This document shows, in pieces, positions 51,754 to 63,990 of a DNA stretch of 64,000 bases; position 1 is the stretch's first letter; the number at the start of each line of letters is the position of its first letter. Source of the DNA: Phoronis australis (lineage: Eukaryota; Animalia; Phoronida); contig NMRA01000183.1 of the NCBI GenBank assembly GCA_002633005.1, positions 435,553 to 499,552 of the forward strand, written 5' to 3'. The position numbers and the translations under genes were made by a program. The notes under the pieces were generated by a model. It was not told the origin of the DNA and did no database searches. It saw only the letters and a program-made list of their open reading frames with translations.

Positions 51754-51849
51754 TATACTGCATAACGTTATATATATCAAAGATATTTAGCAGACAGAAG
51801 TAAGTGGTTATTTAGCAAACTAAATTACATGGGCCATGTGATCACATAC

Positions 51850-51972
51850 CAACACAACGGACACCATTTCCGATGAATCCGTCGCGACAAACGCATCTGT
51901 AGCTTCCCAAAACGTTGATGCACTGGGCGTTAGGAGAACACCGGTCAAGTCCATTCATGCATTCGTCAATAT
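51850..51972 (-). CDS. Array-1 exon 8: cbEGF
   Basis: 123 nt, phase 1-1; [41 protein letters not shown]. Confidence 0.95.
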
Positions 51973-52294
51973 CTGAAAAGGAAGACCTCCATTGTGTGAG
52001 CCAATGCTTAAAAACTGGACGCTCTATAACAAACGTTTGTGAAGCATATCTTTCGAAAATGCCCGTACGCGTGAAAAACGTCTTTATGCTGAATATGCAA
52101 GTAGAAATCAACAAATTGATGTTTTGGTTACTATTTGAGGTGAACTCAAAAGCGCTTGACTGCTATTTTCATCAAAGTTCAAGCTCAAAACGGTGCACAC
52201 AATGACCGGATACTGGAGTTGGATCCTCATGGACAAATATCTCATCATTTTCTATATAGAGGGGACACAAACAATGGAAGTGTGTAGTTAATCG

Positions 52295-52430
52295 CAGTGG
52301 CGGATTTAAGGGGGCCCCCTAAAATTCTCCCATATTCCATTTGGCAGTTATGGGATGCAAATGCCTGAAGGGTCAAATCCTGGCAAAAAACTCTGCCCTG
52401 GCCCCCACTCAAAATCCTGAATCCGCCCTG
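52295..52430. mobile_element. MITE (CAGTG..CCTG family), copy 2
   Basis: TIR CAGTGGCGGATT / AATCCGCCCTG; flanks AATCG/AATCA. Confidence 0.8.
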
Positions 52431-52459
52431 AATCACTATAAATAATGTACAATTCAAAC

Positions 52460-52579
52460 CTTCGCAGTCTTGACCACTTCGTGTGTAACCACGTTTACAG
52501 ACGCACTTATAACTGCCAGGAAGATTGAAACAGACGGTGTTGACATGGCAACGGGTAGGCACAGAACATTCGTTTACGT
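52460..52579 (-). CDS. Array-1 exon 7: cbEGF
   Basis: 120 nt, phase 1-1; DVNECSVPTRCHVNTVCFNLPGSYKCVCKRGYTRSGQDCE. Confidence 0.95.
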
Positions 52580-53267
52580 CTGAAATCATAAAAGAGTTGC
52601 TTTACAGTGATTAACATACAATTTTTAACAACTTACCTAATACTATCACGATAACTGTCACCGCTGCCACATCACCATCGACTGAGTAGCGTTGTCGTTG
52701 TCTGCTACGGCGGCGACAATACGCCGTCCGAGTCGCCAATGCCATTTAAAACGTGCGCTTTGCCAGTAGTGTTTAAGTGTCAACACCAAAGCCCTTGCTG
52801 TCCGTTGTTGTATCCCATCATTTCGTGTTATTTACTGCCGCCATTTTGTCAGACATAGAGCACACATTTAGCTAGTAAAGTGTGGATTTCTAGCTCCCCC
52901 ATATTAACCAACACCATTTGAGTTTAAACACCACAATAAGTAGCAGCACACATTAGAGTACGTGCCATTTGCATGGTAACTAGTTGACTGTTCAAGTAAG
53001 TGTTGGAAAAAGAGGAAGTTAAATTGTGGAGCGGACTGGGTCTATTGATCGTCCTTGATTACAATGAGGCATGTGAGCAGAAAGTGGACAATGAAATCTG
53101 ACTTGAAGCCAACGGGAATTGGCTAATTTTGCTTGACGAGGGAATGGTGGCGACAAAGGAAAAGCGGGATTAGTACATGTAAGAGGTTCAACGGCAGTTT
53201 CGTCCTTACGCAGTACACAATGCAAAGACATCAGAATTGCCCATAAGTGTTATCAACGGATACGATA

Positions 53268-53559
53268 CAGTAGCAGATTTGGGGGGGGGAGGCCAAGGGG
53301 GCTTAACATTCGCCAAGATACCCTTTGGGAGTTCGGGGTACAAATTGCTGACTAGCATATGCTCGGGGGCGAATGCACAATGCATAGGCCTTGAACAAAC
53401 CCCGTTTACCGCTTTTTCAGTAATAATGTGCGCAAACCCAAAATTGGAGATCCCTGCATCCCTACATTTTAGGCTGGGCGCGCGCATGTGCCGAAATTCT
53501 GGTTATTCCTGTGCCCTGGCCACCCCCCCCCCCAACTCAAAATCCTGGATTCGCCCCTG
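53268..53559. mobile_element. MITE (CAGTG..CCTG family), copy 3
   Basis: Shares CCTACATTTTAGGCTGGG.....ATG...CGAAATTCTGGTTATTCCTGTGCCCTG with the 42471 copy; flanks CGATA/CGGTA. Confidence 0.8.
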
Positions 53560-54075
53560 CGGTATATTTCTTGAACCATATGGGTTCCTCCCCGTTGCCA
53601 CTCCCTTCCACAATGGGGCGCGTGTCACATTTGTTATTAGTTGTGTATCACTTGTCTGCAGTGTTTGGTGCCGGCAGTAACTGGAACACAAGTTAAAGAA
53701 CCCCAAATCTGGCTTTAACGCCACTCGACTCATGTACAGCGAGCGAGTAATGGACGTGGATTGCGTGACAGATAATAGCACGATAGAAGATAATGCTTCT
53801 GAGTAGTGAGAAAGCAAAGAAAATGCATCCCATGCAAAAACGTTGGGAATATTATACCGCCCTCCTCATTATCAACATGTACTGGCATTCAGAACGCTGG
53901 TAATAGCTTACGGGACCACCACTGCATCACCGTCATTGACAGTCGTCATGACTACCTAGAATTACTACCATTACCATGATCATCAGTGCGCCTAAGTACA
54001 TGTTTATTCCAATATCAGCATGACTGCAGTAATGTTCCTTAGAAGACAAAAGGAACCGCATAAATAACTTCTTAC

Positions 54076-54201
54076 CAACACAACTACGTCCATTGCCCTG
54101 AAATCCCGGTTTGCAGTCACAGACATAGCCATCACCTTTGAGGTAGCAGAAGGCGTTCGCGTGACAGTCGTGTGTCTTGTCAGCATCACATTTGTCAGCA
54201 T
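54076..54201 (-). CDS. Array-1 exon 6: EGF-like (calcium consensus degenerate)
   Basis: 126 nt, phase 1-1; DADKCDADKTHDCHANAFCYLKGDGYVCDCKPGFQGNGRSCV. Confidence 0.93.
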
Positions 54202-54445
54202 CTGTCACAAATACTATGGTACATATCAGATCATCATTTCCACTACATAACTGTAGGCATTTTACCTAAACAGGCAATAGTAACTTACAGGGTCCAGGTT
54301 TCTTATCAAATCTCCTTGGTGTCTCAAAAGTTCGGATACGTTGCCTCTTGCAAATTCCCTAGTACCCAGTCTACACATACAGAAATACGCCTTAAAATTC
54401 CAATTACAAGTTGTCGTTTATCGTCTATCGGTATAGCTTACCTAC

Positions 54446-54580
54446 CTAGCAAACAATTGTTGTTTGGTTGTAGCACGTAGCCTGCAACACAGCTGCATTT
54501 GTAACTCCCGATAATGTTGGTACATATTCCTCTATTGGTGTCGCAACTATTGAGATTAGGGTCTCTGCACTCGTCAATAT
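54446..54580 (-). CDS. Array-1 exon 5: cbEGF
   Basis: 135 nt, phase 1-1; [45 protein letters not shown]. Confidence 0.93.
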   Translation of the reverse strand: MLTSAETLISIVATPIEEYVPTLSGVTNAAVLQATCYNQTTIVC

Positions 54581-55167
54581 CTGGAACGAATATACCAAAT
54601 ACCGAAACTACTTAACTCCAGAGGACATTGACAATTGATTTGGAGATCTAAAGCTTGTACTGATTCCAGTCATCGAAAAGGCGCAAATATCTCGTTTCAG
54701 ACCAATCTAACGAGTGCATACATAACAAACTCAAGCTTATCATAATACGTGTAGGCTATGTGAATAGAATAGAGTATTTTTACGTGTGGTCGTAGGCCGA
54801 TTCAGCGACCGGCAGTGGCTCTGCGCACAACGACTCCGTTTCCGTCGTCTGCTTCACTGTGCAATGAAGAAAATTATTTCATTTTTTAAAGAAAATGGAA
54901 TCTTAGTGACGATGAAAAAACAGAAGTTGCTGGTAAGATGTGAACTTTAATCGAAGCCATAGTGAATCACTCTCTCTATGTCAAACCTTAACTTTAGACG
55001 ATTTCCAAAGCAATCACGTCACTGATGCCAACACAAAAAACGGATTTGGTCTTTTGGGCAATTGAAGACTATTTTAAATACAACAAATTTGTTACGAATT
55101 GATTGCACAAAAAAGTGTAATAAGCATTGCAAAAAGAAGTTTCGCGCGCAAGTTACGAGTGAAATTG

Positions 55168-55240
55168 TAGTGGTGCTGTGGTAATTACAAGCACTCTCGA
55201 TCAATCAGTCAGGTCGTGAGTTCGAGTCTGTCTGACACGT
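55168..55240 (+). mobile_element. tRNA-derived SINE head fragment
   Basis: A-box-like TGGTGCTGTGG and B-box-like GTTCGAGTC at tRNA-like spacing; no cloverleaf. Confidence 0.4.
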
Positions 55241-55555
55241 TCTCCGTGCTTTTTTTCTTTTTCTTTGCCTTTTTTCTTGGATAATACTTCAGGAATCAAG
55301 GAAAATGCTTGATTTTTAGAGGGAAAAACGGAAAAATTTCCTGGGCGGCAGGGGGTGAACCCCCTTCCCGACCTCCCCCCATTCGGTGCTATGCGCATCT
55401 AATCGTACTTTGCATAAATGTTTTCGGACAAACTGTTGGGCTCCCCTTGTGATATCCTAGATCCGCCACTGGTAGCTAGTCTTCTTCACACACCAACCGT
55501 AAGGTCATTCGCACTCTTATTTTCTTGGCTCACATACATATTGACTCAGCTGGAT

Positions 55556-55786
55556 CATGCGCGCACACAGCCGAAAAATGGAGGGCTCGAATTTTTGAGA
55601 ATGTGGACCTTTACCAAAAACGGAGTACGTTCTGAGTTATGAATTGTGCATTCGCCAAATTTGTATAGTTCCTGCCTTTTTAGTGCAATTTTTTCTCGTT
55701 TTCTACTTTTTGTTTCTTTGAGGTGGACCTTTTCACCCACTTCGCCAAATGGGGGGGAGCGTTCGAGCCCTCCGGGTGCGCGCATG
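55556..55786. mobile_element. MITE with CATGCGCGCAC TIRs and perfect 5-bp TSD
   Basis: TGGAT|CATGCGCGCAC ... GTGCGCGCATG|TGGAT; internal inverted pair GGAGGGCTCGAA/TTCGAGCCCTCC. Confidence 0.85.
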
Positions 55787-55911
55787 TGGATAGCGCTAAA
55801 ACTCGATTAATGAAGATGTGAGTACAACGAATCAGGAAGGGGATTATAGCAAGACACATATTCAAACAACGTTGTATGCTACCATAGGTCCTTTGAGTAT
55901 GTTAACTGTAC

Positions 55912-56037
55912 CTCTACAAAAAATCTTCCCATCGCCGATGTACCCATCTAGGCATTTGCATCGGTAACCTCCGGCCGTATTAAGACACGAGGCTTTGTCG
56001 TGGCAGTTGGCAGTTCCAAGTGCACACTCATCAACAT
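55912..56037 (-). CDS. Array-1 exon 4: cbEGF
   Basis: 126 nt, phase 1-1; [42 protein letters not shown]. Confidence 0.95.
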
Positions 56038-56613
56038 CTAGATTGTGAAGAATGGATGTAAATCGAAGGAAACAAATTCTCCATTAATACCTTTTTTGGA
56101 AATCAAACATTACAAACGAAGTTTGCGTTTTCCCTTTAATACCTCGCAAATATATACACAAATATACGCCATGAAAAGGCCAAATTGTAGTACTGATACC
56201 AAATATCGTTTTTCAACTAATATGAATGGAGAGGGGTGCGAAAGGCATACATGTACTTAGAGGCGGTATGGAGAGAGGGAAGGAGACCGTGAAAGAATTC
56301 TTAAAATACTGACAATGGTTATAACAGTGTACGTGCATAGAACAAAATTGTCTCTATTGACATGTCCTAAAGAACACCATTTTATCAAAGGTTCTGCGCC
56401 CAAGCCGATATGGTGGTATATTGAATGTTGCTAGTCAAACAGTTCATGGCAGGGGTCTGTGAAGGGACGTTGAGAGTGAATATGAACAACGATCTCATTT
56501 TTGTCTGTGGCAATGTTTCTGTCGTACAAAAACATCGTCGCACGTTCGCGATCTCTAGCCGACGACTGAGCTACGATATTTGTTGTACAGCGCCCAGGCA
56601 CAGCTATACTAAC

Positions 56614-56748
56614 CTTTTCCACAAGTATTATTCGGTTTGAGTACGTATCCACTGTTACAGACACATTTATAGCTTCCAATTGTATTAATGCACTGCCCGT
56701 TGTGTCTGTCACATGTGTTCAGTGTGGGGTCCTGGCATTCATCGACGT
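56614..56748 (-). CDS. Array-1 exon 3: cbEGF
   Basis: 135 nt, phase 1-1; [45 protein letters not shown]. Confidence 0.95.
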
Positions 56749-57042
56749 CTGAAATGGCAGAAACATATATTTTTTGCCGGCACTAATAATTTAATTCTCG
56801 TTACTTTGCATCATTCTTACTGGTTAAAGCTAACAGATGTGACGCGACTGAATATACACGAAATAAAATGGGGTACAATCTTCACATTAGGCATGTAAAT
56901 GTTTAATAGCTAGTTTTTTGTTAAAACAGAAAAATAACAATTAAGGCAAAATTTCTTTCAGATCAGCGACATTCGATATTGACAGTCAAACTTCACAAAG
57001 ACGAAAACGTAGGATAAAAAATTATAAAATCCCGTTTCTTAC

Positions 57043-57168
57043 CTTTACAGAACCTGATTCCATCTCCAACATATCCTTTTGGACAAACACACTGAAAGCT
57101 TCCAACAGTATTAATGCATCTGGCGCTTGCATGACAGTTGTCTAAGTGAAACTCGCATTCCGGGATGT
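57043..57168 (-). CDS. Array-1 exon 2: cbEGF
   Basis: 126 nt, phase 1-1; DIPECEFHLDNCHASARCINTVGSFQCVCPKGYVGDGIRFCK. Confidence 0.95.
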
Positions 57169-57477
57169 CTGAAAGTTTTATCTTGTCACTGAATCGTCCT
57201 TGCATGAAAAATACCTAGTTAACATCATGTGTAAAGCAAAACAAAGTAATTGCATATCCTACGTAATGGATTTACCTTTTAAATGCATGAGTATTCATTC
57301 ATCCGGAAGAAAAGATTCACGATGTTCATTAATTAGAACAACTTTATCTTTATTTTTGTTGCTGTCTTAGTAATGATATAACATTGAATAATTTCGCCTG
57401 TTTTTACCTATTTTCGGAAATGAATTATGGAGACTTTGCAGTGACAAAATACAAGGTATACAAAAAAGAATTACTAC

Positions 57478-57600
57478 CGTGACAGTTATTATATCCGTCT
57501 CCTACAAACCCGTCCTGGCAAAAGCATCGGTATCTTCCGGTCATGTTGAGGCAGATGGCGTAAGTGTGGCACTGGTTTTTTCCTAAACAATGACGTAGAT
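57478..57600 (-). CDS. Array-1 exon 1 (first recognised EGF exon)
   Basis: 123 nt, phase 1-1; xLRHCLGKNQCHTYAICLNMTGRYRCFCQDGFVGDGYNNCH. An alternative in-phase donor lies 3 nt further on. Confidence 0.9.
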
Positions 57601-58292
57601 CTGTGGAACAACAATCATAGGTTTTATTTCACGTTTATGTCGCTCTTGGATGAATTCACCTGACTTAATCGCAACTGCATCGACTCCATTCTTGTAGAGA
57701 ACCGTGGTAATTATACTGGTTCCTTACTTCTCATCACTTGAGAAAGCAAATTGACTTTGATTAGTTAAAACGATTTGCTGAAATAACAGCATTTCGCAAA
57801 TTGCACACATTTATGTCTTGTCAATAAAAATTGGTGTTCGAAACCCCTGAACGTCAGCGTATATTTAGTTAAAAATAATACTAAGCCCTGTTTTGGTGTT
57901 CAACCAATCATTGTTCTCTCTTCTGCTAATGACACGGCTTGAATGACGTCTGGATTCTACTAAAACACAAACTCTCTGTGCCATCATACAATGAATTTCA
58001 TGGTTCTTGGTAGACGGCTTTTCCCTGCCGTTGGCATGTACATGTAAGTCGCATACAGTGTACGTCAGAACTGCCTGTCTAACAGACTTGTAAGAAGTTT
58101 TCAAGTTTTCTTCCAAACTTTTGAGGGATGGCGAGGACTACATGTACATACACATGTAGGCTTATTTTGTTTTAGATAATCGGATATGAACGCCGTTGTT
58201 AATACCTGTTCATAAGTCAAAACAGGGTTTGGTATCAATTTAAGCATCAAAAAGTAAAAAAAAAAAATAACATTACATTTCTTTATATTTAG

Positions 58293-58420
58293 TGGCCGAT
58301 TTTGAGACGGCCAAATTGGACAAGGCCCTGTGGTCACAGTTGAGATTTGAAGTCAACGTTCCAATAGTCAATGAGTTGTCTGAACAATCAAACCCCGCGT
58401 TCCAGTCTTTCATCAACAAG
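58293..58420 (+). CDS. Plus-strand exon, SEA-domain-like N-terminal half
   Basis: Pyrimidine tract plus TAG acceptor, AAG|GTATTG donor, 128 nt, phase 1 to 0, open: xADFETAKLDKALWSQLRFEVNVPIVNELSEQSNPAFQSFINK; resembles the SEA 'eL.d..S..F..l...i' pattern. Confidence 0.55.
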
Positions 58421-58575
58421 GTATTGATATGTTCAAGTTAGTACAGTGCGACGTTGTATGCGAAGAATCAAGAGGCATATCTTCAAACACACCACCTCGA
58501 TTGGCGTATCGACCCAGACCAATAGAGGTACATTTTGTATTTAACCCATGCGCTTCGAATTCCTAAGTTTCTTAC

Positions 58576-58768
58576 ATTTTTCGGCGGATTTTTCAAATAC
58601 TTCACCCAGACTGTTCACATGGCGGATCACATCCTATATGTATGCACTTGTGCGTTAGGTTGCAAGTTTTCTCTTGAAAAAGAAACAGTTTTAAAAGTAA
58701 CGTTTTACTTCTTGAAAAGAGGTAGCAAAGATGAAAACAGCGGCAACTGAGCAGTGAACTTGTAACAT
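58576..58768 (-). CDS. Candidate 5' coding exons of array-1 gene (58709-58768 and 58576-58633)
   Basis: MLQVHCSVAAVFIFATSFQE (signal-peptide-like, phase 0) then DVIRHVNSLGEVFEKSAEK, ending phase 1 at GTAAGA and joining 57600 in frame. The acceptor of the second exon is weak. Confidence 0.3.
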
Positions 58769-58915
58769 CTCCTGGAAATAATTAAAAAAACAACAATTTT
58801 TGATATTTTAATTTGCTAGGATTCGGCACCTGAGTTGCAGACGATATAGTATTCAGCAACTGAAAACAGAGAAAGTGTCTTATAATTAACAGTTTCGCTC
58901 CAGATTTTACGTTTA

Positions 58916-61900
58916 TAGTCCCGTCATTCTACGGATAACCCGGAAAAATTGCAACAGAAGGTTTTATTGCATAAATCGTATCCTTTCACACCCCTTATTG
59001 GGAAAAACTGAAAAAAAGTCTACCGGAATCGGAGTGGCGGAAGTTGGTTTTTCAAGATGGCGGACAAAATGGCCGCCAGATTTTCTGATACGCACTATAA
59101 CTCAAGAGTGGAATGTGATAGAATAAAAATTCAAAAAGGTTTACCTATGTTTTGTGGGTCAAAAATCCATTGAAAATGGTTTTACATGGGTGTGGTGACA
59201 CCGTCCGCCATTTTCCAAGATGGCCGCCAAATCTACTTGAGTCGCACAACTTCACACGAACAGATTAGTGTGTCGTCTTGCTTCAAACATCGCATCATAG
59301 GTTTTCTAGGTCGACTAATCTATTGAGACTCATTGCATTTGGCAGTAATGATTACTTCCACCATTTCCAAGATGGCGGAAAAAATGGCCGCCAGATTTGC
59401 AGATGATCATTATAACTCGAGAGTGGAATGTGGTAGAGTAAAAATTCAAAAATGTTTACCTATCTTTTTTGGGTCAACAAATCCATTGGAAAAGTTTTGC
59501 GTGGCCGTGGTGACACCATCAGCCATTTTCCAAGATGGCCTTCAAAACTATTTCGAATCCCACAACTTCGCACAAACAGATTAGTGTATCGTCTTGCTTC
59601 AAGTAGCATATGTTTTCTGGGTCGACTAATCCATTTAGACTCATTGCGTTTGGCTCTAATGATTACTTCCACCATTTTCTAAGATGGCCACCAAATAGTT
59701 GCTTCGTGTAAGAACTTCCGATTCCAGAGACACGCCATATCCTGAGTTTTTTAAGTCAGCACAACCATTACAATATTTTTTTGTCTGGCTCTTGATGATT
59801 ACGACTACCATTTTCAAAATGGTTTAACGAATAACTTATTTGGGTAAAAAAACATCAGGTTTGCCTGAACTGAAGGATCATTCTCCTCTGAAAAAATGTG
59901 CTGTATTGACAATAACTCTGCAATTAACTCAGTGATCTACTATCCACACTGTCTGTGTCACTTCCAGTTAGTTGTAAATGCTAGTGAATCTATACACAAT
60001 CAACCAGTATTTACACAACTAATCTCTGTCAACTCAGAATGAATTGCTGCAGCTAAAACCACGGCATTCTCCACATGCAACCGAGTACGACTATCCTAAC
60101 TTCTTGCAAGTACATCTCTTGGAACTGCAGTTGGTCTTACACGAGCATCTCACTACTTTCAGCAGGTTTTCTGGTGCTGCTGAATGGTCCGTCGTCGTGG
60201 GAATGAATTTTCCAAATGCCAGCACCCATCCCCAATACAGCGAGTCTAGGCCACTGCCACGGAAACTTGACCGCTTTGATAATATGTCCCGGCAGCATGG
60301 AATTTAGCTACTGAAGAAAGGTGGTGATAATGACTGTATTTGGGCTGTGTCTAGTCCGACACCTCATCCACAAATTGCCTGTATCGCAAATCATCCAAAT
60401 TTCCAGAGCCAGTACCGCCATGAAGCACAGATACAACTCTTGCCAGGTTCAAATATGTCTTGATTCAGCTGCATGTGTCTAGTAAATACTCTTAGAGTTT
60501 TTGCAGAATTCTCGATCACGCAGTTTCTTGATTGGGAGAGCCTTTGCTAATACCGAACAGCTATAATGTTGTGTTGCAACCACCTATTGCGTGCACAAAT
60601 GACAAAACTGCGCAAGTTTCGGCACCAAGAGACAACACCTCTTGCTTTGGTGTCTCTTGTCAAATTTCATGTTCATGAAATTTGTTGTGAAGTAGCATGG
60701 TAACGCAAAAGAACCAACAAGTCTGTATCGTCTGCAATAAGGGTAGTTGGACCTTGAACTGTGTTCTCTAATGCTGTTTCTATTAAAACACCTGCGTCAC
60801 CTTGAGCTTGTACCACTGTGCAACCAGCATTTCTTAGCAAACTTGACAAGAAGTGAGTGAATCGTTTGTTTTTGCTTTTTGCAAAAAATGTTCCTTTTTT
60901 ACTTGATCAGTTCCAACCACCCCACCCAGTCTTCGAACATGAAAGACATCTTTAGTTGATGGTCCATCTCAGTAACCATCAAAAACAACAATAGGCTGGG
61001 TACACTTGCTGATGTAATCCACATAACCTCTACCAAATGACTGATACGTTGCGCATCTAGGCCATGGAATACGGTGAAGGAGAGAACCGCCGTCGATTAC
61101 ATGCATCACCGTGTTTTCTGGAAATTGAAATCCTCAGGTAGTCCTCCACTGGACCAGAGTACATCAGCTCATATTGATTTATTAGCGACTCTGGGAAGAC
61201 CAAATGTATCAAAACGAACATGGGAACCAACACACAGCTCAAACTTCAAAAGGCTTGATGAACTTTCACTGTTGTCTTTTGCAGCGGTCAGGATTCGCTG
61301 AAATAGCAGTCGTGGATCCGCTTGAGTGAAATTACTATTAGCAGCATGAATTCAACAATGCTGCGGATGTCTTTGTCGTCACGCGACTGTCTTGCCTGGG
61401 TACATTCTTTATGCTGCTGACTTGTTTCACAACTTAAGTTTGTCACAGTCTGCATGGCACCATTTATACTTGAGCATGCCGGCAAGGAAAGCAGCCACAG
61501 TGCACTCTGTGTATCTCCCATTTCGAAACCTCAAGTTAAACCTCTTGTTGTTTAATGCTTTTCATGAGCATTTGTTCAATTACAAGGTCTTATCTCATTA
61601 TGACAAGCCTGCCCAGAATCTGTCACTTTGTCTTATGGTTTGTTGGCCGTAGACGTCTGGACGGGTGTCTTTGAGTTGCTACGTCTGCTTCAGTCAAGTA
61701 TATGTATGAAGATTTTGCATAAGAGTTGTGACCAGCAGCGGCAAAGTAAGGCAGCATTTCAAAAACTACTTTTAGGTGAAGCTCCCAATCTGACGTTATT
61801 TCTGCTTTTAAAAAAGTCGAAGGATGTCAATCATCTTCATATACTGTAGTCAAAGACTAATGATTGGACTCTGCATGGACAAGTCTGATTTATGTGCTTT

Positions 61901-63814
61901 GATTTTTTATGGATACCCACAAGACACTCCGACGAGCATACATCGTCGCACACAGACGTCAGGCCAGCAATAAGATCATCATACCTCGTCAGACCAGCTC
62001 TCACATCATCATGAAGAATATCATTGGCCATTGATTCTTCTGACGAACTATTCTGTCACTAAGGATTCTGAAGACCTATACTCTGGTTCAGTCGTTTTTG
62101 AATATACCAATGGCAGTAGGTCGGAAACCAGAAGTGAACTCTCGTGAGGGCATTCCACTGTAATCCAAGGTTCAGAATCGGAAGACACTGGCTGGGCATG
62201 GCATGCCCCATAGTATACATCTAGTTATGTGATCGGTTGGGATGTCTGAGATGTCTGAAGAATCTGTCTCCACATTCTGACGAGCCAAAATTTGTGTTCA
62301 AGCATTGAACTGCTCCACCTCTTGGCATGTAATCTGTGTGTTCTGTATTGGTGACATTCCGGACTCCTGGTAATTTCTGAAGAACCTGAATTTATTTCTT
62401 CATTGGTTTTGGATTGGCGTTACTTGATCTGTCAATATTTGGAAGTGGGATGTTGAATGTTCTGGCTTTTATGATAGCATTCAGTGGTGAGTCTACCAAC
62501 ATATGCCCCCTCACTGCTCTATCCACACTTTTTCCATTTAACATAAGGTTCACACTGTTTAATGCATACACCGTCTCAAGAACTCCTTGAAGCCCTGTGC
62601 TTGACATTACGTATCCAATACATTCCAGAAAGCTCATCTCAGTATGAAATCTTCCAAGCCTGGCTAAGAACAAGTGACTGAAGATCGCTATCGTTTTGTT
62701 TGCAGGCACTAACTTCCTCTAAAATCAGTTGCCTATGTTCTTAAAAAGCATGCATATTAACCTAATTGTGGGTCCTAACTATTAAAATTTAATTAATAAC
62801 TTCTTGTTACATAATCCTATTTGCTTTTCATCAAATTCAGGTGAAATCAGCAGCCAATTCTCAATACATGCCAGCAGCAGACGAAATCGATGCTTGGGAA
62901 CAATTAATAATATCTCCAATAGCAGAGAAAAAAGCCACTTCCTGCCCAATTTTATTAAGGGTTTGTATAATGAATAAGCCAATAACTCCACCAGAATACC
63001 ATATTTTTCAAACAAATATTATTTTTGATACCTCAAATGAATATATTTTACAGAAAAATAATTGAGTTTGTGAAATTTATAATGAAAATTTAACTAAAGC
63101 CTTTTCTGATAAACACACCAACTTTTATGTTATATAATCTAAAATGTGATTAAAATTCCACATTTACTATATAAATCTTAAAAACAAATTATAGAAACAA
63201 TCAACTCATTAATCCTGACTGTAGATTCTAAGATGTTTTTGTGTAAATGCGTATCAGGTTACAAACAAAGTTTGCAGAACGTAAATGCGGTAAATTGGGG
63301 TTTGTGAATTGGCAGCCATTTTGGCGGCCATTTTGTCAGCCAACTTGATTTTTTTCTTGCAAAGCAGTGACCAATTGTAAGGTCCAGATATTTTAAATTG
63401 TCTAACTTACAAAAGTATAAAACTTTTGCCATTTCCAGGGCAAAATATAAAAAGAAATCTTGCAACATGTACCAAATTGCCCTTTCGGCCGCCATTTTGT
63501 CAGCCATATTGGTTTTATTTTACAGAAAATTGGCATCTTTTGGTAGGTATGCCTCTTATGAAAAGTATATAATCAATGACACACTTTATTGTTTTATTTT
63601 TAGCTGTTTCATAAGAGTAATATGTCAGAAAACAGTAATCACCGGTTTTGTCGGCCATTTTTTCCGCCATCTTGAAAAACCGACTTCCGCCACTCCGATT
63701 TCGGTAGACTTTTTCTGGCACCAAGGGGTGTTTGAAGATACCATTAATGCAAAAAACCTTCTTTTGCAATTTTTTCTAGGTTGGGCCCTCTGGAGCCCTA
63801 GAATGACTGGACTA
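58916..63814 (-). mobile_element. Academ-type DNA transposon, decayed transposase, TIRs and 3-bp TSD retained
   Basis: TTA|TAGTCCCGTCATTCTA ... TAGAATGACTGGACTA|TTA; TIRs of about 170 bp. Minus-strand remnants RLGRFHTEMSFLECIG..LETVYA..MLNGKSVDRAVRGH, IVVFDGY, QAQGDA, ADDTD and a Cys-rich C-terminus; a subterminal ~315-bp duplication lies at about 59050-59690. Confidence 0.88.
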
Positions 63815-63990
63815 TTAGGGCCTGGTTGCATGTCGAGTGTTAATTACATTGTTACAACTGTATTACTTTTTTAATGACGTCGAGTCCACATTGACCTAGC
63901 TTTTGAACTTTCCATGTCAGAGCTCGCTCTTGAAGTAGTGCGGGTGCGAATACGGAAAACTTTGCTAAATGGCCGTATTTCCCTCTACAG

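Noticed and set aside
51454-51803. CV/HT-repeat ORFs
   Set aside because: Artefacts of a (TG)n run and an N gap.
57698-57706. Possible 9-nt + strand microexon (TAG|AGAACCGTG|GTAATT) feeding the SEA-like exon
   Set aside because: Phase-compatible but too short to separate from chance without transcript data.
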